A DNA stretch of 33,303 nt, from assembly GCA_903869875.1 (NCBI GenBank), contig CAIQAW010000020.1, forward strand, positions 1 to 33,303, given 5' to 3'. Position numbers and translations under genes: made by a program. Shown in pieces: positions 7,912 to 15,128 of the stretch (within the stretch, counting starts at the first letter, position 1; every line of letters begins with the position of its first letter). This DNA is from Candidatus Nomurabacteria bacterium (GTDB lineage: Bacteria; Patescibacteriota; Minisyncoccia; Phycocordibacterales; UBA9973). Under the pieces are notes generated by a model, which was not told the origin of the DNA, made no database searches, and was given only the letters and a program-made list of their open reading frames with translations.

Positions 7912-9108
7912 TTAGTAAAATGCACAAGCACTGTTTTCTGTAGTTATACTGCCATTATTTAGATCTGCAAAAACTCTAAACTGCTTGTCAGTGGTTGCAC
8001 ATGTTGATGTATCTGTACCACTATAAACTGCGTTTTGTTTTGGTTTAGTACCTGCTTCAACTTTTTTCAAATATGCGTTTGTTGCAAATTCAAAATTGTT
8101 TTGCGGGTATGCTTTTTGTATTGCATCTGTGGCAGATTGACGTGTTTTGTAGTACAAACTGTCTACAGGTGTAAACCAAGTAAAGCTACCATTGAACGCT
8201 AGTGTGTCTACAACACTGCGTACTTCGTCAGCAGACAGGTATATACCACGGCGTATGTTTAGCGCGGGGTAAGTTTTGTCACCAGATTTTGTTTTAACTA
8301 TAAAACTGTCTGTTGTGCGTAACATTGCCCAACCTATTTTAATGTCGTATGTAATACTAAAATACTGGCCACTACCAAGTTTGTTTATCTGTGTAGTTAC
8401 TGGTATAAAATGCCCGTTAATGTATTCGTTAGTTATATTGTTCTGGTACATTTGTTCTTTTTTCCATACATCGAAATAAGTTTTACAAACTACGTCTGTA
8501 CATAGTGGCTGTATTTCAGCCGTAGGTAGTATTTCAGGGGGTTGTTCTGTAGGTGGTGTTACAGATGCAACTGTGGGCGTTTCTGTAACTGGTGGCTGTT
8601 CTGTAACCGGTACAGTTGCAACTGTTTGTGTTTTTTGTGTATTAAATACATTTGTAACATTTTTAACAATATTGGTAACAGCAAGTATGTTTAACATTTT
8701 AGTTTGAACAGCATACATACCACCGGCAATAACTACAACAACAAAAACTCCAGCAAACAAAACAAAGTTTCTAAAAGTATGTTTTGTTTTTACCGGCTGT
8801 GCGTTATTTACGGTCTGGCCAGCATATGCACCAGAATTAAAACCACTATTGGCACCTGGTTGTGCGTATGCATCTAAGCTTGAAAAACTTGGTGTGCTTA
8901 CACTAGCAACATTTGAAACTGTTGGTTGTTGTACTTCTATTTTAGGCATAGGTACAGGCACTGTGTTTGGTATACCAGCTGCGGCAAAGCCTTCTTGAAC
9001 ATCTACATTGTCCCACCCGGCACCCAGCAGGTCTCTGGTTATAGATTCTTTTGTAGCACCTTGTTTAATTTCATTTAAAATAAAATCTATCAATGGTTGG
9101 TTTGTCAT
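7912..9108 (-). CDS. Membrane-anchored hypothetical protein with Pro/Thr-rich linker and extracytoplasmic C-terminal domain
   Basis: A small N-terminal cytoplasmic domain is followed by one TM helix, a PPVTE/PTEQPP repeat linker and a roughly 200 aa C-terminal domain. The start is at MTNQPL. Confidence 0.65.
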   Translation of the reverse strand: MTNQPLIDFILNEIKQGATKESITRDLLGAGWDNVDVQEGFAAAGIPNTVPVPMPKIEVQQPTVSNVASVSTPSFSSLDAYAQPGANSGFNSGAYAGQTVNNAQPVKTKHTFRNFVLFAGVFVVVVIAGGMYAVQTKMLNILAVTNIVKNVTNVFNTQKTQTVATVPVTEQPPVTETPTVASVTPPTEQPPEILPTAEIQPLCTDVVCKTYFDVWKKEQMYQNNITNEYINGHFIPVTTQINKLGSGQYFSITYDIKIGWAMLRTTDSFIVKTKSGDKTYPALNIRRGIYLSADEVRSVVDTLAFNGSFTWFTPVDSLYYKTRQSATDAIQKAYPQNNFEFATNAYLKKVEAGTKPKQNAVYSGTDTSTCATTDKQFRVFADLNNGSITTENSACAFY

Positions 9109-9124
9109 ATGTAAAATTATACCA
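9109..9124 (-). promoter_or_regulatory. Extended -10 (TGgTATAAT) 7 nt upstream of ATG; candidate leaderless mRNA
   Basis: The minus strand reads TGG-TATAAT-tttacat-ATG. Confidence 0.45.
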
Positions 9125-9251
9125 CACATATTTACAACTTCTATATTTATACATACAAAAAAGTGGATAACGTTTATTTTTTGTTAAATTTTGAATATAT
9201 ACCCTGTTCCTGTATAATCTTTACATTATTCAATAATATAATTACACACAT

Positions 9252-9779
9252 ATGACTACATGGAAAATAGACCCTGCGCACTCTGAAATAGGTTTTAAGG
9301 TTAAGCACCTTGTTATATCAACTGTAAAAGGTACATTTGGTAACTTTGATGCAGAAATACATTCAGAAGGCGAAGAATTTGAAACTTCAAAAATTAGTTT
9401 TACAGCACATGCAGACAGTATAACTACAAACAACTCTATGCGTGACGACCACCTTAAAAATGCAGACTTTTTTAACGTAGCCGAATTCCCTACAGTTACA
9501 TTTACTTCAACTGGTATTACTAAAAACACAGACGGTACATATGCAGTAAACGGCGACTTTACAATGCACGGTGTAATAAAACCACTAACACTTGCTACTA
9601 CATACAACGGTTCTATAGTAGACGCGTACGGTAACATGGTTAAAAGTTTCGACATTCACGGTGCACTACACCGTTCAGAATTCGGTTTGGTATGGAACGC
9701 CCCACTAGAATCAGGCGGTGTTGCAGTATCAGATGAAGTTAAACTAGAAATAGTTGCAGAATTCAAAGAAGTTAAATAA
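9252..9779 (+). CDS. YceI-family (polyisoprenoid-binding) protein
   Basis: The N-terminus WKIDPAHSEIGFKVKHLVISTVKGTFGNF and the length are typical of YceI. Confidence 0.85.
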   Translation: MTTWKIDPAHSEIGFKVKHLVISTVKGTFGNFDAEIHSEGEEFETSKISFTAHADSITTNNSMRDDHLKNADFFNVAEFPTVTFTSTGITKNTDGTYAVNGDFTMHGVIKPLTLATTYNGSIVDAYGNMVKSFDIHGALHRSEFGLVWNAPLESGGVAVSDEVKLEIVAEFKEVK

Positions 9780-9788
9780 TTGAATTAA

Positions 9789-9821
9789 AAAAAGCCCGTC
9801 GTTAAAACCGCCGGGCTTTTA
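9789..9821. terminator. Terminator hairpin
   Basis: The stem aaagcccg ... cgggcttt lies between convergent genes. Confidence 0.55.
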
Positions 9822-9864
9822 ATTTGGTTAAATCTATTATTGAACATTGACCAGTATTATAATT

Positions 9865-10182
9865 TCAATGCCCAAATTCCCAAAAATAGAAAATCTTTTC
9901 CCAATCTCGAACCTGTTCGATAGTGGCTTTTAATTCTTCAAGATACTTTACACATCCATTGTTTATGTCATGCAGATGCATATTTTTTTCAATTTCAAAT
10001 TCGAATTTTTCTAATTCAATTCTTTGTATTGTTGAATATAGTCGCATAGGGTCTTTTTCTTTCATGTTTTTTATTAATGAAATAATAAATACACCTCCAT
10101 CATGATTTAGTTTTGGAAAAGTTCCAACCAAAACATCGTAGAAACCTTTTAATTTTTCTGGTCTAGCGGGCTTGTTTTTCAT
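9865..10182 (-). CDS. Hypothetical cytoplasmic protein (island gene A, 105 aa)
   Basis: The ORF (ATG at 10182) is preceded by conserved promoter motif copy 1. There is no TM helix or signal peptide, and no domain was recognised. Confidence 0.55.
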   Translation of the reverse strand: MKNKPARPEKLKGFYDVLVGTFPKLNHDGGVFIISLIKNMKEKDPMRLYSTIQRIELEKFEFEIEKNMHLHDINNGCVKYLEELKATIEQVRDWEKIFYFWEFGH

Positions 10183-10198
10183 TTTGTGTAACAATTAG

Positions 10199-10240
10199 TT
10201 TACCCAAATACTACACCTTTTGTCAGATGTGTCAAATATT
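10199..10240 (-). promoter_or_regulatory. Conserved island promoter/operator motif, copy 1
   Basis: The plus strand reads tttacccaaatactacaccttttgtcagatgtgtcaaatatt. On the minus strand this gives TTGACA (10230-10235), a 16 nt spacer and TAGTAT (10208-10213). Confidence 0.6.
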
Positions 10241-10279
10241 AGATTTATTAAAATTAACCATATATGTTAAAATTCTAAA

Positions 10280-10531
10280 ATGACAAACAAAGCAATTTCT
10301 GGTGGCACGGTACACACAATACCTGCTGACTTAAAAAAGGCCATATCTGGCACACCTAAGGTGCATGCACTTTGGGCAGACATTACCCCACTGGCCCGCA
10401 ACGAATGGATATGTTGGGTTACTTCAGGTAAAAAGGCAGAAACCCGCGACATACGCATAAACAAAGCAATATCTAAACTCTCTGGTGGTATGCGCCGCCC
10501 ATGTTGCTGGGCCGGCTGTACACATAGGTAA
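10280..10531 (+). CDS. YdeI/OmpD-associated (OmdA-like) small protein
   Basis: The C-terminal region ...WVTSGKKAETRDIRINKAISKLSGGMRRPCCWAGC resembles the OmdA domain. Confidence 0.6.
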   Translation: MTNKAISGGTVHTIPADLKKAISGTPKVHALWADITPLARNEWICWVTSGKKAETRDIRINKAISKLSGGMRRPCCWAGCTHR

Positions 10532-10534
10532 AAT

Positions 10535-10570
10535 AAAAAAGGGTTGCCATTGAGGCAACCTTTTAAAAAA
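10535..10570. terminator. Bidirectional terminator
   Basis: The hairpin aaaagggttgcc ... ggcaacctttt lies between convergent genes. Confidence 0.65.
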
Positions 10571-10582
10571 AGTTAAAGTAGC

Positions 10583-11125
10583 TTACTTAGACTGTGAATA
10601 AAAATGGTTATTACTGTCCACGTAGATATCGCTATCCACCTGGCTATAATCGATTTTCTTTGGGAATGTGTCTTCATTTTCTCTCTCTTTTTCTGAAGTC
10701 ATGATAAAGAAAATAGAATCTTCCAGCATACGTTTACGGTCAGTGGCATTTCTCCACGGTTCAACAAAAAAGTTGCCATTTGGATTTTCTGCTATAGAGT
10801 AAACCCCATTTTTACTCCAAGACGTAACTTCTACCCAATGGTATGTTCCGTTAACAATGCACCTTTTTAAAAAGTAAATTGTTTTATTTGCAAAACCCTT
10901 GTCCAAATTAAAAAATTTAAAGTGTTCATTCATTATTTTATTAAATACGAAACCAGAAAATGTAACAGCCCCTATATCAGAATTAGCAGGAACAACATCA
11001 TTCATTATGTCACAATACGTTTCTGGAACAGTGCCACTTTTAATTTTTAGGCCTTTTACTACTAATGTCAGGTTCCCCTTGTTTAGTATTAATTGAAAAC
11101 ACGTCTTTGGTTCTAAATATTTCAT
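10583..11125 (-). CDS. Hypothetical cytoplasmic protein (island gene B, 180 aa)
   Basis: The ORF is preceded by conserved promoter motif copy 2. No domain was recognised. Confidence 0.6.
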   Translation of the reverse strand: MKYLEPKTCFQLILNKGNLTLVVKGLKIKSGTVPETYCDIMNDVVPANSDIGAVTFSGFVFNKIMNEHFKFFNLDKGFANKTIYFLKRCIVNGTYHWVEVTSWSKNGVYSIAENPNGNFFVEPWRNATDRKRMLEDSIFFIMTSEKERENEDTFPKKIDYSQVDSDIYVDSNNHFYSQSK

Positions 11126-11163
11126 GCTTATGTGTATTAAATTGGTTTGAATTTACTATTTTA

Positions 11164-11205
11164 CTTACCCAAATAGTACACCTTTTTGTTGACTTGTCAA
11201 ATATT
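11164..11205 (-). promoter_or_regulatory. Conserved island promoter/operator motif, copy 2
   Basis: The plus strand reads cttacccaaatagtacacctttttgttgacttgtcaaatatt. On the minus strand this gives TTGACA (11195-11200), a 16 nt spacer and TACTAT (11173-11178). The inverted repeat TTGAC-N2-GTCAA is present. Confidence 0.6.
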
Positions 11206-11298
11206 GAAATCAGAATTTATATGTGTTTAGAAGACAAGATTTGACGAATAGTAGTTAAACTAGTAACCTTATATAAAACACTTCTAAATCTAAATGCC

Positions 11299-11583
11299 AT
11301 GCGAACAGATGAACAAAAATTAATAGCCCGGGAAGACAACCAGTTAAAGAAAGTTGTTACCGCTGAAGTTATAAATGGCTTACAACAAAGATTAAGAAAG
11401 TCTATTTCAATCCAAAAATCGAACAAGGATGATGACGCTGTAGACCAGTACCAATCTGGGCGACAAGTTGAATTACGATATTGTATACACCTCCTACTTA
11501 CACCATTAGAAAAATACAAATACGCTAAATCAAAAGACCCAAACGGTTTTCTATTAAGAAAAAGTTTATCTAAAGTAAAGTAA
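11299..11583 (+). CDS. Hypothetical basic protein (94 aa)
   Basis: The sequence is hydrophilic and protein-like and ends at a bidirectional terminator. It is preferred over the overlapping minus ORF 11217-11615, which is Cys/Phe/Ser-rich and looks spurious. Confidence 0.45.
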   Translation: MRTDEQKLIAREDNQLKKVVTAEVINGLQQRLRKSISIQKSNKDDDAVDQYQSGRQVELRYCIHLLLTPLEKYKYAKSKDPNGFLLRKSLSKVK

Positions 11584-11601
11584 CTTAAAATTCGAACTTT
11601 T

Positions 11602-11629
11602 AAAACCCGTATCATGTACGGGTTTTGTT
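11602..11629. terminator. Bidirectional terminator
   Basis: The hairpin is aaaacccgta-tcatg-tacgggtttt. Confidence 0.7.
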
Positions 11630-12313
11630 TTACTTTTCATAGACCCAACCTACGCCATTGTTGTTTAATACTTCAATGAATTTGGTTGTTTTTTCTTCAG
11701 AACATAGAACTTTGTTTTTAATATACCACCACAAGTTGCCTGTAATACCCTCTTGTATTGTTGAATATAAAACATCATTCAGAATATTCTTTGGTATTAC
11801 AACGCCTGTATACGAAACTAGATTTTCAAATAAAAACCTTAGTTTAGGTATAGACTTTATTTCAACCCAGTATTTTTGCTGGTTGTCCCTGGACTGAATC
11901 GTAGTATCAATAAATTCGTCGCCTGAACAGTTAAAACTGTGTAGGAAGGTATTCGTTATTTTCGAACCTTCATTTTTCTGTCTGGCAAAACCGAAAACAC
12001 AATTATACTCAACTTTACACAAAGCGTAGTATGGTGCAGCAATGTGACAAGTCCAAACATTTTCTTCAGACCAACAAACATTACCCTGTATTTTATTAAA
12101 TACATCGTCCTCAACACAATGTTTCTTTTTAGAATCTTCGAAAACTACTACTGACACATTAGAAAATAAATAGTGGAAATTTTTCACGATATCATTATCA
12201 AAGAATTCTTTTTCTTTTATAAATTCTAATATATCTGTTTTTTCAAGAGGCTGAAAAAAGTTGAACGAACTAATGTCAAAATCTTCAATCTGATTAAATA
12301 TAGAAAGGTACAT
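11630..12313 (-). CDS. Hypothetical cytoplasmic Cys-rich protein (island gene C, 227 aa)
   Basis: The ORF is preceded by conserved promoter motif copy 3. No domain was recognised. Confidence 0.6.
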   Translation of the reverse strand: MYLSIFNQIEDFDISSFNFFQPLEKTDILEFIKEKEFFDNDIVKNFHYLFSNVSVVVFEDSKKKHCVEDDVFNKIQGNVCWSEENVWTCHIAAPYYALCKVEYNCVFGFARQKNEGSKITNTFLHSFNCSGDEFIDTTIQSRDNQQKYWVEIKSIPKLRFLFENLVSYTGVVIPKNILNDVLYSTIQEGITGNLWWYIKNKVLCSEEKTTKFIEVLNNNGVGWVYEK

Positions 12314-12330
12314 GATTTAGGGTATTTTAA

Positions 12331-12384
12331 TTTACCCAAATACTACACCTTTTTATTGACTTGTCAAATTTATTTTGGTATAGT
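12331..12384. promoter_or_regulatory. Conserved island promoter/operator motif, copy 3; apparently bidirectional
   Basis: On the minus strand: TTGACA (12362-12367), a 16 nt spacer and TAGTAT (12340-12345). On the plus strand: TTGACT (12356-12361), a 17 nt spacer and TATAGT (12379-12384). The two -35 boxes are the arms of the inverted repeat TTGAC-tt-GTCAA. Confidence 0.6.
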
Positions 12385-12408
12385 CTAATAAATTTTAAAT
12401 ACAATATC

Positions 12409-12810
12409 ATGCAAAAATCTATACTTATTTTAATTGACCCAAATGGGTTTTTGGTACCCATCCAAGACCGAATGGAAATTGAGGGATTTCCTGGAAAAAT
12501 TGTTCGAACTTACCGAGAGTTAGACACTGTTGAAACAGTCAAGCAAGCTGGTGTGGAATGCAAATGCATTGTTATTACCGACCCATTTGTAGCATCAAAC
12601 AACACAATAGAGGGCGAACCTACTTCAGGTACACTTTCTATGGTAAAGCAATTGGCTAAAGTTAACTCAAATTGTCGTGTATTTATTTACTCCGGTGATT
12701 TTTTTGAGCTAGATAAAAAACTAACAAAAGATGAAGTTGATTTCATAAACGCATACAGTACTGACGCACACAACAAAATGTGTGCAAAAATAATGAAATA
12801 TGCGACTTAA
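12409..12810 (+). CDS. Hypothetical protein, possibly a degenerate CheY-like (flavodoxin-fold) domain
   Basis: An alternating beta/alpha pattern (ILILIDPNG ... CIVITDPF ... VFIYSG) loosely recalls a receiver domain. This is weak. Confidence 0.5.
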   Translation: MQKSILILIDPNGFLVPIQDRMEIEGFPGKIVRTYRELDTVETVKQAGVECKCIVITDPFVASNNTIEGEPTSGTLSMVKQLAKVNSNCRVFIYSGDFFELDKKLTKDEVDFINAYSTDAHNKMCAKIMKYAT

Positions 12811-12821
12811 ACAAAATAATA

Positions 12822-12842
12822 GCTTGAAGATTAACTTCAAGC
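12822..12842. terminator. Bidirectional terminator hairpin
   Basis: The hairpin is gcttgaag-attaa-cttcaagc. Confidence 0.55.
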
Positions 12843-12873
12843 CATTTAAAATTTCAGAAAGAAAGAAAATGCA

Positions 12874-13329
12874 TTATTCCTTTTCTAAAATATTCCACAA
12901 TCTCAACTGATCCGCTTCTTGAATTTTGTCTAAAAGAAGGTTTTTCCCGTCTTGATTATATTCAGCGATAGCCCACATAATAAATTCAATATCATCTGCC
13001 GAACAACTATTACTTTCTATGAAACTAACGTCTGCCATTAACGCATCAATTAGTTTTATAATAAACTCATCTGACATAAGCACTTCTTCATTAACATATT
13101 CTGGTGAAATTGAGTTGATACACATTTCAAGAGATTTAACGCTCAGCATTACAATTGCTTTTGTTTTAAGATTAGCCCATTCTGGGTTTTCGGTTTGTCT
13201 TTTTATTTGATTAACGAATTTATACATATTACCCAAGGGAATTGTAAAATTCTTTTCAGGGTCTACAGCTAGAGAACGGAAAAGCTCCCTTGTTTTCCAT
13301 GTAACTGATGTATTATTTTTTTCTTCCAT
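12874..13329 (-). CDS. Hypothetical helical cytoplasmic protein (151 aa)
   Basis: This is a clean ORF with no recognised domain. A TTGACA box lies upstream at about 13392-13397 (minus strand). Confidence 0.55.
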   Translation of the reverse strand: MEEKNNTSVTWKTRELFRSLAVDPEKNFTIPLGNMYKFVNQIKRQTENPEWANLKTKAIVMLSVKSLEMCINSISPEYVNEEVLMSDEFIIKLIDALMADVSFIESNSCSADDIEFIMWAIAEYNQDGKNLLLDKIQEADQLRLWNILEKE

Positions 13330-13441
13330 GATATTGGGATTAAAATATATTTAAATGAGTGATTTTATTTTACATTAACATATGTTATGTTTTTGTCAAT
13401 GCACACGTATAGGTTCAATAGCTTGGCACCATTTGATGGAA

Positions 13442-13454
13442 TATCATTAAATAC
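13442..13454 (+). promoter_or_regulatory. -10 box TATCAT 7 nt upstream of the transposase ATG
   Basis: The sequence is tatcat-taaatac-ATG(13455). Confidence 0.3.
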
Positions 13455-14324
13455 ATGTCATACACCACAAACAAAAACATGCCCCGAATCAGACGTGAAG
13501 CAGCTCGTCTGTACCACAGGGGTTGGAGTGCAAGAAAGGTTGCACGACACTTTGGTTTTCACCATACAGCAGTAATGAAATGGGTCAGAATATCAAAGAA
13601 GTTTGGAGACCATTTAATACAAACAAAATCTTCCAGACCAAACTCACATCCAAAAGAATTAAGTGTTGATGTTGTTAAAAAGATTGTCGAGAAGAGATTA
13701 AAACATAATCGATATGCAGAAGCAGTACACAAGGAATTAGAAAATGATGGTGTACATGTTTCTCTGTCTTCAGTTAAGCGTACACTTGATCGTAAATGTT
13801 TAACCAAGAAGAAAAGTCCGTGGAAGAGGTATCACCCCCACCAGGAACGCCCATATCCCTTACAGGCAGGTGTTTTGGTCGAAACTGACACAATACACCG
13901 TATGATCAATGAAAAGAAAAGACTGTATGTATTTACAATGATTGACGTATACTCTAGATGGACATATGCAAAAGCATACGAAAGGATGAATTCTGCAACT
14001 GCTGTTAAATTCATTAAAGAAGCACAGAGGCATGCTACATTTAAATTCGACATGATACAGTCTGACCATGGACCAGAATTTAGTTCATGGTTTGTATCTA
14101 GAATATTAAAGAAACACCGATACACAAGAATTGGAAAACCAAATGACAATTCGCATATTGAAAGATTCAACAGAACATTACAAGAAGAATGTTTAGACAA
14201 ATTACCAAATGATGTAGCTGCAATTAATTGCGCTTTAAAGAAATATTTGCGATATTACAATCATGAGAGAGTGCACGGAGGAATTAACTACTTAACTCCA
14301 ATACAAGTGGTGCCAAGGTATTGA
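13455..14324 (+). CDS. DDE transposase, integrase-core (rve) domain with N-terminal HTH
   Basis: The HTH is RGWSARKVARHFGFHHTAVMKWV. DDE-region motifs are VETDTIH, IQSDHGPEF and GKPNDNSHIERFNRTLQEE, followed by YYNHERVHGG. Confidence 0.85.
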   Translation: MSYTTNKNMPRIRREAARLYHRGWSARKVARHFGFHHTAVMKWVRISKKFGDHLIQTKSSRPNSHPKELSVDVVKKIVEKRLKHNRYAEAVHKELENDGVHVSLSSVKRTLDRKCLTKKKSPWKRYHPHQERPYPLQAGVLVETDTIHRMINEKKRLYVFTMIDVYSRWTYAKAYERMNSATAVKFIKEAQRHATFKFDMIQSDHGPEFSSWFVSRILKKHRYTRIGKPNDNSHIERFNRTLQEECLDKLPNDVAAINCALKKYLRYYNHERVHGGINYLTPIQVVPRY

Positions 14325-14347
14325 TTACAATACGGCTTTTTTGATAC

Positions 14348-14378
14348 AAAAAAACACCCAAAATATGGGTGTTTTTTC
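14348..14378. terminator. Terminator downstream of clpP (bidirectional hairpin)
   Basis: The hairpin acaccca-aaata-tgggtgt is flanked by A- and T-runs. Confidence 0.7.
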
Positions 14379-14401
14379 TATAAAGTGTATATAATATAGG
14401 C

Positions 14402-14986
14402 TTATTTAGACTTTTTTGTCATTACTTCGTCTATTATTCCGTATGCTTTTGCTTCTTTGGATGTCATCCAGTAGTCGCGGTCTCCATCTTTTTCTATTTG
14501 AGCAAATGGTTTGCCAGTGTTTTTAGAAAGTATTTGGTATAGGTTTTCACGGGCACGTAATATGTTTTTAGCTGTAATGGCTATGTCTGATGCTTGGCCT
14601 TCTACACCTGCTATAGGTTGGTGTATCATTACTTCTGAGTTAGGAAGGGCAAACCTTTTACCTTTTGCACCAGCAGACAGTATCATAGCACCCATAGATG
14701 CAGCAATACCCACACATACAGTAGATACGTCACATTTGATGTGGTTCATTGTGTCTAGTATAGCTAGACCTGAATGCACTGAACCTCCAGGGCTATTGAT
14801 GTAGAAAGAAATGTCTTTCTTGGCATCTGAATGTTCTAGAAACAGCAACTGGGCAATAACAGTGTTTGCTACTGCATCGTTTATTTCACCAGTTAAGAAT
14901 ATTATACGTTCGTTCAAAAGGCGTGAATATATGTCGTATGCACGTTCGCCATTAGGGGTTTTTTCAATTACGGTTGGTATTAACAT
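14402..14986 (-). CDS. clpP: ATP-dependent Clp protease proteolytic subunit
   Basis: The sequence aligns full-length with the ClpP pattern: [27 protein letters not shown] (active-site Ser), MIHQP (His). It sits in the classic tig-clpP arrangement. Confidence 0.95.
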   Translation of the reverse strand: MLIPTVIEKTPNGERAYDIYSRLLNERIIFLTGEINDAVANTVIAQLLFLEHSDAKKDISFYINSPGGSVHSGLAILDTMNHIKCDVSTVCVGIAASMGAMILSAGAKGKRFALPNSEVMIHQPIAGVEGQASDIAITAKNILRARENLYQILSKNTGKPFAQIEKDGDRDYWMTSKEAKAYGIIDEVMTKKSK

Positions 14987-15001
14987 ATTGTTTATTGATT
15001 A

Positions 15002-15114
15002 GGGTTCGAAAATTGTTTGCCACAATTGCCTGACGCAGGCCGACCGGGCCGAGTCGACTAAATTTTCAGCAGAAAATTATAGGTAGCTATTGTGGTAAAT
15101 AATTTAAGAACCCG
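15002..15114. repeat. 113 bp inverted-repeat structured element in the tig-clpP spacer, related to the palindromic element family
   Basis: The outer arms are gggttc..ttgccacaat (15002-15026) and attgtggtaa..gaaccc (15090-15114). The GC-rich core is gcctg-acg-caggc followed by cgaccgggccgagtcgac. The hairpin aattttc-agca-gaaaatt follows, and gtcgactaaatttt resembles gtcgggtaaatttt at 83-96. Confidence 0.6.
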
Positions 15115-15128
15115 TTGCTAATAATTTT

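Larger units (their letters stand above)
13406..14334 (+). mobile_element. Compact insertion sequence (IS3-superfamily/IS481-like, single-ORF DDE transposase)
   Basis: The imperfect terminal inverted repeats are cgtataggttcaatagcttggcaccatttg (13406-13435) and the reverse complement of caagtggtgccaaggtattgattacaatacg (14304-14334). The inner 23 nt match 21/23. The right repeat overlaps the transposase stop codon. Confidence 0.7.

Noticed and set aside
11217-11615. 132 aa minus-strand ORF competing with 11299-11583 (+)
   Set aside because: The translation is Cys/Phe/Ser/Arg-rich and not protein-like, and it would run through the bidirectional terminator at 11602-11629. The plus-strand ORF is hydrophilic and ends at that terminator. 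The call is still uncertain.
15002-15012. GGGTTCGAAAA resembling a tRNA T-loop, as a possible duplicated att site for the island, paired with the tRNA-like gene at 7810-7888
   Set aside because: Only 8 nt (GGTTCGAA) match and the orientation is opposite to the tRNA-like gene. The sequence forms part of the long inverted repeat of the tig-clpP element.
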